The notes beneath the pieces are model-generated. The model did not search any database and had not been told where the DNA came from. It worked only from the letters and a program-made list of their open reading frames with translations. The position numbers were made by a program, and so were the translations under genes. Of a stretch of DNA of 64,000 nt, positions 17,969-27,073 are shown piece after piece; the first letter of the stretch is position 1; each line of letters starts with the position of its first letter. This DNA is from a virus, in IMG/VR virus record IMGVR_UViG_3300033233_000017, positions 1 to 64,000 of that record; one strand, given 5' to 3'.

Positions 17969-19474
17969 ATGACATTGGGCGAAAAGGTCAAAAGGGCGAG
18001 TAAGGTCAGTACCCCGCTCGTTTTTGTTACGACTCCGGACCCCGCTGCTGCCATCGCGTCAATAGCGGACGGGCTCCGGAACGGGGAAGACATGCCACTG
18101 TTGCGGTGGGACATCGCGCAGGGGCTCCAGCCGGGTAACGATGCTGGAAAAGCATCCTGGACGGCCCTTGGCTCCCCCGATCCGATGGCGAGCGGAAACC
18201 CCACGGAAGCGCTCATGCTGCTCGCAAAAGCGCCTGAGCGCACTGTGGTGTTCATGCTCAATGTGCACCTATTCCTGAACGATCCGCCCGTCAAACAGGC
18301 CCTCTGGAACCTGCGAGACCCCTACAAACAGAACCAGCGAATGATCGTGGGGCTCGGGACAAGCGTGCAATTGCCTGCGGAACTCGCCCAGGATGTTGTC
18401 GTTTTCGATGAGCCACTGCCCGATGCAACCGCCATCCAGGGCATTGTGGGCACGGTCCTGGAAGCTGTACCAGGGCAGGACGGAGCGCCCGATCCGGTAA
18501 TCATCTCCAAAGCTGCCGACGCCCTGACAGGTCTGTCGGCATTCAGGGCAGAGCAGACCACGGCGATGTCGCTACGACGCGATGACTCGCAGAAAGTCGT
18601 GCTCGACATGGACATCTTGCGGGAGCGGCATCGTCAGACCATTGAACAGACGCCGGGGCTCAAGGTGGATCGGGGCGATGAAACCTTTCGAAGTGTCGGA
18701 GGGTGCGCCAATATCATCAATTTTCTTGAACGCATCGCGACAGGTAGGCGACCACCGAAACTGGTCGTGCGGTTGGATGAGATCGACAAGATGATGGGCG
18801 GGGCAAGGGGCGACACGTCAGGCACTAGTCAAGACGCTCTTGGGGTTCTGCTGTCGTTCATGGAAGATCACGAGGGCGACGGGCTTACGGGCCTGCTGGC
18901 CTATGGCGTACCGGGAGCGGGCAAGAGCCTGCTGTCCAAGGCTCTGGGCAATCGCCTGGGAACGCTGACGCTCTCTTTCGACATGGGAGCCATGCGCTGC
19001 TCGCTGGTAGGCTCCAGCGAGCAGCGCATCCGTCAGTCGCTAAAAGTCATCGAAGCCATCAGCGGGGGGAATTGCTTATTCATGGGCACGTGCAACCGTG
19101 CCGACGTGCTCCCTCCTGAACTCCAGAGCCGGTTCGGGCTTGGTCAGTATATGTTCGACGCGCCGACCGCCGAGGAACGCGCCGTCATCTGGCAGATCTA
19201 CCTCAAGAAGTTCGACTTGTCGGATCAGGACCGGCCCGTGGACATCGGCTGGACTGGGCGCGAGATCAAACGCTGCGCATCAAACGCGTGGCTGCTGAAC
19301 TGCCCGCTGATCGAAGCGGCTCAGTACGTCGTGCCGGTGAGCCGAGCGCGGGCTTCGGACATCGACGCGCTGCGCAAGTGGGCGGACGGAAAGCTTCTCT
19401 CTGCCGACTACGCGGGGACATACCAATACGAACGCTCCACCGCTACGAAACAGGTGCGAGCGCTGGAGGTCTAG
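17969..19474 (+). CDS. Ycf46-like AAA+ ATPase with permuted motif order
   Basis: N-terminal Ycf46-like region (LPAELAQDVVVFDEPLPD); VVRLDEIDK, GVPGAGKS, VGSSEQRIR, TCN, LPPEL..RF. Confidence 0.85.
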   Translation: MTLGEKVKRASKVSTPLVFVTTPDPAAAIASIADGLRNGEDMPLLRWDIAQGLQPGNDAGKASWTALGSPDPMASGNPTEALMLLAKAPERTVVFMLNVHLFLNDPPVKQALWNLRDPYKQNQRMIVGLGTSVQLPAELAQDVVVFDEPLPDATAIQGIVGTVLEAVPGQDGAPDPVIISKAADALTGLSAFRAEQTTAMSLRRDDSQKVVLDMDILRERHRQTIEQTPGLKVDRGDETFRSVGGCANIINFLERIATGRRPPKLVVRLDEIDKMMGGARGDTSGTSQDALGVLLSFMEDHEGDGLTGLLAYGVPGAGKSLLSKALGNRLGTLTLSFDMGAMRCSLVGSSEQRIRQSLKVIEAISGGNCLFMGTCNRADVLPPELQSRFGLGQYMFDAPTAEERAVIWQIYLKKFDLSDQDRPVDIGWTGREIKRCASNAWLLNCPLIEAAQYVVPVSRARASDIDALRKWADGKLLSADYAGTYQYERSTATKQVRALEV

Positions 19475-19476
19475 CC

Positions 19477-19833
19477 ATGCCTTGCTGGACAGTCACGGCC
19501 AACGAATTGAAGATGATTAACCCCGACGAGGGCCTGCTCCGTGCGACACTCGAAGAACTGGGATACACCGTTTACGAGAATTCCCGGTACGGCCACTTTG
19601 CCGCCGATCACTTTGGTGGAACGCGGAGCGAGTTACAGGGCTCTAGCGTCCAGATCATCGGCGGAAAGATCACGGTGAGCAGCAAGTACAAGACGCACCA
19701 GAAACTCCTGGACGCGAACAAAGCCGTGGCGCAGGGCTACAGCCGCCAAATTGTGCAGGCTTCAGCCAAGCGAACCGGATTCAGCGTCTATTGGAAGTCT
19801 GAGACGGAATTTGAACTGGCGAAGAGGTACTGA
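19477..19833 (+). CDS. Ycf35/DUF1257-like protein
   Basis: LLRATLEELGY...QGYSRQIVQASAKRTGF; position after the Ycf46-like ATPase. Confidence 0.55.
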   Translation: MPCWTVTANELKMINPDEGLLRATLEELGYTVYENSRYGHFAADHFGGTRSELQGSSVQIIGGKITVSSKYKTHQKLLDANKAVAQGYSRQIVQASAKRTGFSVYWKSETEFELAKRY

Positions 19834-19834
19834 C

Positions 19835-20038
19835 ATGAGCGGAATCGACAAGATCAAGGGTAGCATCCTGGAAGACGGGACGATCAAAACCTCGACCGAT
19901 CAGGTAAGTGCGGCGAATCACTCGACCGCCGAAGCGTTCCTGCGGGAACTCACCCGGCTCACGGGCGGCGCGGTGACGCGCATCCGCAAACCGCAGGTAC
20001 ATACCCACCTGCACACACACGAGCACGAAGGACACTAA
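19835..20038 (+). CDS. DUF2997-like small protein
   Basis: IKGSILEDGTIKTST..., His-rich tail; synteny. Confidence 0.45.
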   Translation: MSGIDKIKGSILEDGTIKTSTDQVSAANHSTAEAFLRELTRLTGGAVTRIRKPQVHTHLHTHEHEGH

Positions 20039-20336
20039 CGGAGTCTCAAACATGCCGGTCACCTCAGTAGCGTGCAAGCAGTCCATTGTAGACTGGCTTC
20101 GCGTCCCACCGCTAACACAGGAACAGATTGACGATGCCAGAGACGTGGCGAACTGGGAACTCACATCCACAGTCGCGGAAGGCGGGAATATTGTGCGTGA
20201 GTTCGATTGTCGCAAGAGTGATGATACACTTCGGGGCTACGTCTATTCCGACATCTCAGACTGTCGGATAGTTGAAGTCTGTATACAGGAAGACTAACTA
20301 ACCGCGCGTATGCGCATACATTCAAGGAGAGCAATT

Positions 20337-21317
20337 ATGTCACAGATCGCAGAGCAGGTACTGACGGAAACCGGCAAGCGCGTTGCCGCCGGTGGAAATA
20401 TCTTCGAGCGCAGCATCGTCCTGAGCGTGGAAATCGGTGCGCTCGGAGTGGCGCGGCGCGTGGGCGGAGCGAACGTGAAAACCAAACGCGCTGTCGACAG
20501 CGACGGCATCAGCGCGCCTGTGGTCATCGACTCGGACACCAATATGGTCCGAGTCAATAAGTCGCTCCTGGAGTCGTCGGAGTTGACCACCATCCGAAGC
20601 TTGCACGGCGAGATCCGGACGTATCTCTACGGTCAAACGGTCAAAGGCCCGCTTCGGGCCGGTATGTACATCACCCCGCTGATCTCGGTCGGACCGGTAG
20701 ATCGCAAGCTGGTTGAGTATCAGGCGCAACTCTGCACACTGGTAGATGCGTTCATCGACGCTTACCCCTCGCTGATCGAAGAGGCGCGCGGGAAACTGGG
20801 ACCGCTGTTTGATGCGACTGAATACCCGGATGAAGAGGCCGTACGGCGCGCGTTCTATCTCACCTGGGAGTGGATCAGTTTCGGAGTTCCGGCTTCGCTC
20901 CAGCAGGTTCAGGACGAGATCTATAACCGCGAACTGGAGAAAGCACAGCGCAAGATGAGCGAAGCCGCCGACATGGTGCAGACGGCGCTACGCGCCGAAC
21001 TGCTCGAACTCGTTAACCACGCGCGAGAGCGGCTGAGCGGAACGACATCGAACGGTAAGCCCAAGGTATTCCGGGACACACTGATCGGTAATATCCGGGG
21101 ATTCTTCGAGACGTTCGACGCCCGCAACCTGACGGGCGACGAGGCGCTGCAAAACATCGTGGATCGCGCCAAGGGCTTACTCGACGGCGTGGACGCGGGG
21201 GCGCTGCGCGACTCCGATCAAGCACGTGCCCAGGTCGCTGCGGGCTTCGCGGAGATTCAGGCAACGCTCGACGGCATGATCGTGGACAAGCCCGTGAGGT
21301 TGATCGACCTCGACTAA
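20337..21317 (+). CDS. DUF3150-like phage protein
   Basis: FIDAYPSLIEEARGKLGPLFDATEYP; AGGAG RBS. Confidence 0.55.
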   Translation: MSQIAEQVLTETGKRVAAGGNIFERSIVLSVEIGALGVARRVGGANVKTKRAVDSDGISAPVVIDSDTNMVRVNKSLLESSELTTIRSLHGEIRTYLYGQTVKGPLRAGMYITPLISVGPVDRKLVEYQAQLCTLVDAFIDAYPSLIEEARGKLGPLFDATEYPDEEAVRRAFYLTWEWISFGVPASLQQVQDEIYNRELEKAQRKMSEAADMVQTALRAELLELVNHARERLSGTTSNGKPKVFRDTLIGNIRGFFETFDARNLTGDEALQNIVDRAKGLLDGVDAGALRDSDQARAQVAAGFAEIQATLDGMIVDKPVRLIDLD

Positions 21318-21882
21318 GGGAAATAGACATGCCAGAACCACAGGCTCAAAAGGACGCTCCACATGCTCAATAAGAAAAACTTTGAAATTGCTGCCCTGCT
21401 CGACAGTCATCCTTATTGGGGCGCGAATCAAGAAAGCCGTGCGGCGGCAGGAGATCGGAAGCGATGGCTTTCCGGACGCGCGCAACTGACCGACACCACT
21501 TCTAGGGGGGGAAGACCCGGTACTCCTGTAAGTCACACTAGTGCTTGTGCTGGAGCGCCGATTGTGGCTTATTTGCCTGAGAGGAATATCTCGATGCCTG
21601 AACCCAAACTCATCCGCTGCCGAACCTGCCGCGAGCAATTCCCCCATGACCCACTTAAACCGGGCTACGCGAATCAGTGCTGGCCCTGCACTCAGAATGC
21701 ACTGGACTCCGGGAAGCTAATCGAACCGGAGCCCTATATCGACGTCAGTTGCGCAGACATTGAGGAAGGGCACGCAGTGATACTGGCGCGCGCCAAGCGC
21801 AACATGCCTGTTCCCTTACTCGACCCTGTTCCCTCCGAGTAAGCCGGAGGGATGGCGCTGTAAGCTTGACCATATTATTGTC

Positions 21883-21911
21883 TTGACTAGAGTATCACGT
21901 AAGCGTATACT
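21883..21911 (+). promoter_or_regulatory. Near-consensus sigma70-type promoter of the recombination operon
   Basis: TTGACT-17-TATACT, then AAGGAG RBS. Confidence 0.75.
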
Positions 21912-21929
21912 CACGAAGGAGATTTAATC

Positions 21930-23456
21930 ATGTCACAGCAATATGATAACAACCGCAACTACAACCAGGGGGATCGTCCTGCGAGAGTGATTCCGGAACC
22001 TCCGGAATTTACTGAAGCGCAGTGGAACGAAGTGCTGGCGCTGGTAACCGGGCTGGACCGCAAGAAATTCACCATCCCGGAACTGCGGATGATCCTGCGC
22101 AAACAGCAGATATCGCAAACTGTCCAGATCGTCTTCGGGGACTACGAGCAATTCATCTACACATGCGCGGCGCGGGGACTGGACCCCATGCTCAACGAAT
22201 TGCATATGGAGTATCGGCGCGACAATCAAACCAACTCCTTCAAGTGCTCGCTCGTGACGCACATTGACGGGATGCGCAAACTGGCCGACCTGTCCGGACA
22301 GTATGACGGCTCGAATACCGAATTCGATCACACCGACCGGGACCCCGGAACTTTGGTCTCTGCGACCTGTACTGTGTGGCGCAAGGATGCCACCCACGCA
22401 TTCAAGGCTACTGTGTACCGCTCTGAGTACCTGGGCAACGCGCTGACACACAAGACCATGCCTCATGTGATGCTTGGCAAGGACGCAGAAGCGGCGGCGC
22501 TGCGCAAAGCGTTTCCGGCTGCGGAGGCGGGCATCGTGATCCAGGAAGAACTTGACTCCCCAGCAGCGGACTCCATTGCGAGCGCTGTGGACAAGGAGAA
22601 AGCCACCGATCAGGCTCCCGAGTTCGCGATTGGAAAGAAGGCGGACGCGCCTGTCCCGGCGCAGGCTCCGGTTCCCACCGCGAGCGCCCCGCCTTCGGCT
22701 CCCGTTCAGCCCCAGACTCCGGCCCCCGCACCGGCCCCCGCACCGGCCCCCGCACCGAAAGCTACGGCACCCGCTCCGGTCCTGGAACAAGCACCTATCC
22801 CAGTATCCGGAAAGGACATCGCTAATCGGAAGTGTGAAGCCGTGCTCGCGAAACTCAACACGAAGATGAAGATGGTACGCGAGTTCGCGGTGGGATTCCT
22901 CGGGGAACCCCTGGACGACGGCCTCAAGCGCTTGCCAAAGTCGTCTCTGGTATGGATCGAATTGCTGGACGCGCTGCTCGCGGCGGACGATCCGCTGCAA
23001 GTGGCCGCCTACGGGCAATGTCCCTATGAGTTCGGCAAAACGCTGTCCGCACAACGGCAGTCCGCGCAACTCTCCACGAACGGAACATCCGCGGAGAGTC
23101 TACAGCGGCACTTCGGATGGTGCGAGAAGACGGCCCTGCTCGCGGCGACATACTGCCAGCGTCACGAGTTGGCGATTGGCGATCTTGAGATGCAGATCGC
23201 TAATCTGAACCTCAAGGGAGCGCCAGAGCCACGCTTGCAGTGCTGGCTGAGTATCGGCATCCACACCCCGATTGCGGCGCGCGTGGTGGAAGCTTATCAC
23301 CGTACCGGAACGCCGCTCTCCCAGTACGTCGCGGAGATCGAAGGACACCTGGGTAAACGCCTCACCGATACCGGAGTGGACCCGAAAGCGGTCGAAGCGG
23401 CAGTCAACCAAACCCTTGGGTCACAGGGGCAAACCGGCAGTCTGTTCGGGAGCTAA
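21930..23456 (+). CDS. bet: Bet/RecT-family ssDNA-annealing protein with a Pro/Ala linker and extra C-terminal domain
   Basis: CAARGLDPM...IDGMRKLA..SGQYDG...MPHVMLGKDAEAAALRKAFP. Confidence 0.8.
   Translation: MSQQYDNNRNYNQGDRPARVIPEPPEFTEAQWNEVLALVTGLDRKKFTIPELRMILRKQQISQTVQIVFGDYEQFIYTCAARGLDPMLNELHMEYRRDNQTNSFKCSLVTHIDGMRKLADLSGQYDGSNTEFDHTDRDPGTLVSATCTVWRKDATHAFKATVYRSEYLGNALTHKTMPHVMLGKDAEAAALRKAFPAAEAGIVIQEELDSPAADSIASAVDKEKATDQAPEFAIGKKADAPVPAQAPVPTASAPPSAPVQPQTPAPAPAPAPAPAPKATAPAPVLEQAPIPVSGKDIANRKCEAVLAKLNTKMKMVREFAVGFLGEPLDDGLKRLPKSSLVWIELLDALLAADDPLQVAAYGQCPYEFGKTLSAQRQSAQLSTNGTSAESLQRHFGWCEKTALLAATYCQRHELAIGDLEMQIANLNLKGAPEPRLQCWLSIGIHTPIAARVVEAYHRTGTPLSQYVAEIEGHLGKRLTDTGVDPKAVEAAVNQTLGSQGQTGSLFGS
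22719..22754 (+). repeat. 3 x 12-bp tandem repeat (PAPA linker)
   Basis: CCGGCCCCCGCA x3. Confidence 0.8.
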
Positions 23457-24088
23457 GACGATGTGCTCACACGATTACGGATGGCCCCGGAAGGGGAGCG
23501 ACAAGGTGGATCGGCAGACCTGCGGGCGCTGTGGTGGTGTCCGCGTGTCCCGGATTCAGTTTGATCCAATGCCGGCCCCGGAAGCTTTGCGCGCTGCGCG
23601 AAAAATGGAGCCCGAGCGTATGCGCGCGTACATGAAGGACGACGAACCGAAAGTGATGGCGGCGGGGGCATCCTGCTAAACAGGTGGACGGGAGGAGGTG
23701 GGTGATGGAGTTCACCGTAGGGCAGGAAGTGGCAATCATTAACTACCACTGGGGTCGCCGGGTTGAAGGGTTTTCCACTGTTGCGGTTGTGGGGAAGCGA
23801 CGGATCGTGCTCGCCAATAAGTCAGAATGGAGCATAGAAGGACGCCCATGGGGATACAGATATGAATCTCGGAGCATTGTTCCCGCAACGGAAGAACTTC
23901 ACCGCGAGGCTCTTGACACAGAGAGACGCAACAATGCGCTCCGGGGAATTGATCGCGTTAAGTTCCGCAACCTCACCACGGACCAACTGGAGCGTATCTT
24001 GGCGGTAATCAATGAGCCCAAGACCAAGGAGCCCCCTGAGCAGGAGAATAACTGTGATTGACATGGGCGACGCAGGGAGGACACCTAA

Positions 24089-24694
24089 ATGGCACAGATT
24101 CACGGCCTGACCTTCAATACCGAGCAACACCGCTACGCCGCGCAAGGGCGCGATGTCCCTGGCGTGACCATGATCCTGCACGACCTGGGGTTCTACCCTC
24201 CGTATCCCATGGACCCCTACTATCGGGCACGCGGCGCGGCGGTCCACTCCTGTACGGAACTAATCGACCAGGGAATGCTGGCTATCGCGGACAACCGGGA
24301 GGGACAGACGCGCTATCCGGGGACCGACGAGCGGTTGTGGGGTTACCTGGATGGTTGGCGCGAGTTTCGCGCAGCGACCATGTGGGTGATCCGGGCTGTG
24401 GAGGAGCGCATATCGCACGATGGGCTCTGGTACGCGGGCACGCTCGACCGACGCTTCATCTCGTCCGCGTCGAACATCATCGCGGACATCAAAACCGGCT
24501 CGGCAGAGGAGTTCGTCCGCTACCAGCTTGCTGGATACGCGCTCGGTTGCGGAGACCTCAAAGCAAGGCGCGTAGTAATCGAGTTGCCTGGAGACGGCAG
24601 GTATCATCTTCGAGACGATTTTTCGTGTCCCCAGGACATAGACGACTGGGCCACGATTGCAAAATTCTGGCACTTGCAGAAAAGGAGATCATAG
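24089..24694 (+). CDS. PD-(D/E)XK exonuclease, recombination partner
   Basis: PGVTMIL...RGAAVH...E...YAGTLD...DIKTG...YQLAGY. Confidence 0.8.
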   Translation: MAQIHGLTFNTEQHRYAAQGRDVPGVTMILHDLGFYPPYPMDPYYRARGAAVHSCTELIDQGMLAIADNREGQTRYPGTDERLWGYLDGWREFRAATMWVIRAVEERISHDGLWYAGTLDRRFISSASNIIADIKTGSAEEFVRYQLAGYALGCGDLKARRVVIELPGDGRYHLRDDFSCPQDIDDWATIAKFWHLQKRRS

Positions 24695-24696
24695 AC

Positions 24697-25656
24697 ATGG
24701 CTCGCAAGAAAGTCACCAGCATCGAGACCGCCAAAGGCCCGCTGCTGGACATTGTAGACACCCCGACCGAACCAGGGATGGACCTGGAAGTCATTGTCGG
24801 AACGCCGGGGGATCTGGTCCCTCGCGCGCAGGAATTCATCGAGTTCTTGACCAATGGGCTCTCCGGCTACGGAACCACGAAAGTGGCCGAATTCAACGCG
24901 CAGTTCGAGGGGCTCGAACGCCTACCGGTGAACGCGGAGACTTGCCCGCAGGTCAGCAAGCGGTTGGCGGAACTCAAAGACTGGATGAGCGATATCGACG
25001 CATCTTTCAAAAAGCCAACTGATATCGCCAATCGCATCCACAAGTGCATGACCGGCGCGCGTGCCGCCATCCTGGACACTGCGAAAATAGTGATGGTTGC
25101 CACGAGCAACAACCTCCTGAAGTACAACCTTGCCGTGCGCGAAGAAAACGAACGCCGCGCACGCGCGGCGGAAGCCGAGCGCCAGCGATTGGCCCAGGAA
25201 GCGGCTGACAAGGCTCGCGCGGATGCTGAAGCCGAGCGACAGCGTTTGTTGGACGAGCAGCAAGCGCGTCTCGCAGAACAACGGGCAGCAGCAGAGGAAG
25301 CGGCACCGTGGGACGACGAGCCCGAACCCGTACCGATACCCGAGATCGCACTGCCGGACCCGGAGGAAGCGGCGCGGCAGGCGGCGGAAACGGCACTCCT
25401 CAACGCGCCCGTGGCGTTGAGGAGTGCGAAACCTGAGATGGTTGGCGTGGCCACTCGGAAGACCCCGCTCCATGCGGTCGTGTGCGACAAAATCGCACTC
25501 ATCAAAGAGGCGGCAGAGAACCCGGAAGCATTCGCACAGTATCTAGAACCTGTAATGCCGTTGCTGAACGCACTGGCGAAGCAGGCCGATAAGGAGATGG
25601 TGTACATCGTCCCCGGCGTACGCGCCGAGCGCGGTGAAACATTGGGACGGTCTTAG
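24697..25656 (+). CDS. Coiled-coil phage protein
   Basis: E/A/R-rich helix; ends VPGVRAE. Confidence 0.65.
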   Translation: MARKKVTSIETAKGPLLDIVDTPTEPGMDLEVIVGTPGDLVPRAQEFIEFLTNGLSGYGTTKVAEFNAQFEGLERLPVNAETCPQVSKRLAELKDWMSDIDASFKKPTDIANRIHKCMTGARAAILDTAKIVMVATSNNLLKYNLAVREENERRARAAEAERQRLAQEAADKARADAEAERQRLLDEQQARLAEQRAAAEEAAPWDDEPEPVPIPEIALPDPEEAARQAAETALLNAPVALRSAKPEMVGVATRKTPLHAVVCDKIALIKEAAENPEAFAQYLEPVMPLLNALAKQADKEMVYIVPGVRAERGETLGRS

Positions 25657-26267
25657 CGCGTGTACGCGCGCATATGCGGCAAAGGAGCAAGCACATGAAG
25701 CTGACTATCACCGTCGAAGACAAGACGTACCAGATACAATTCGACCGGATCGAACACTCCTCCGAGTTGAGCGGCTACGACACTCACATCTACGGCACAA
25801 GTGACGGAGTGAACCTCTTCAAGATTCGCGGCGCAGAGCGGGCCACTATCTACAAATCGAATGACTCGTACCTCGCGTCGGGGATCTCGTTCTGCTCGCG
25901 CAAAGAGCGGTGGAACGGGGAGAAAGGACGCAAGGAAGCGGTCAAGAAGGCGCTGCTCGCAGCCAAGGGCTCTTTCACCAAGGCGCAGCGGCATGAGTTC
26001 TGGGACGCATACCGCAGGCTGGACGACGAGGAGTATAGACTCCAGTGCGCCGCCGCAGAGAAGGAGCGACCGATGTGCGCTCCCGATTCCACGCCCGCAG
26101 ACAGAGCGATGACCGGATATCTCGATGACATTCGCGACAGTGCGTCCGCCTGAGTTGCCGGCCATGCCTGCCATACCCCCACCCCCCGCTGCGCGCGAGG
26201 ATGACCCGGACTGCCCGTTCTAACGGGCAGTCAACCTGAAACCGCAGTCAACTAGGAGGATACAGAT

Positions 26268-26492
26268 ATGATGGACATTCCGATGGAGAAAATCGAGGGA
26301 TCAAGCAACATCGAAGCGGCGGGCTATCTGCACTCCGCCATGACGCTGCGCATCCAGTTCACGGGCGGGCGGAAGTACGACTACGCTCCGGTCCCGGAAG
26401 AGACCTGGAAGGCGCTGATGAGCGCTCCGAGCAAAGGGAAGTTCTTCGCATCTAACATCAAGAACATCTACGGTTGCGAGAAGGTTGGCTAG
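26268..26492 (+). CDS. KTSC-domain protein
   Basis: SSNIEAAGY...LRIQF..GRKYDY..VP.ETW..LMSAPSKGKFF. Confidence 0.9.
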   Translation: MMDIPMEKIEGSSNIEAAGYLHSAMTLRIQFTGGRKYDYAPVPEETWKALMSAPSKGKFFASNIKNIYGCEKVG

Positions 26493-27073
26493 GAGCGCTA
26501 AATCATGCGTTTTCCGGACAAGATTACCGCTGGCGAAAAGTACGGTCCGGCGATGCGGATCACGGACCCGGAAAAGGCGCGGGAGTATTTCGAAGCCTGC
26601 GTCGAACACTGTATGCGGAGGACGCACCGAGAGCGCACGGAAGCGGAGCACATCGAACGCATGAACCTAGGTTACTTTGCCGGATACTTCAACCGGGAAA
26701 CCTATGAGCGCGCGCAGCGATTGTACATGTCTTCCCATCCGGCGTTCGGTTCGGGTTACCCCGCTCCCAGAGTTGCGATGGGGGCGGGGCTCCGGGAAGG
26801 AGCCAAGAAGGTAGACTAATCATGAGCACACTCGACACCCTCACTAATACTCTTCTGAAAGTCTCGAAGGAGTACAACAGTTTGAAACTCGCAGTGGAGG
26901 ACCTACGTGCGCAGATGGAGGCCGACGCCATGCGCAAGATCAAACTGTACCTGGAAGCCGAGTACGGCGCGGAACTGCAACGTCTCGCGGAAGCGCGGAG
27001 CGATGCCCATGACGACCTAATGGCAGGGCGGATCATATTGGCGGGGTGAGTACGCTAAGGGGGAACTAGTAAA

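Noticed and set aside
24089-24694. Cas4
   Set aside because: No four-Cys Fe-S motif; Bet-linked exonuclease context
24058-24696. N-terminal extension of the 532-aa ORF
   Set aside because: It overlaps the exonuclease in another frame; ATG 24697 has an RBS and follows the exonuclease stop
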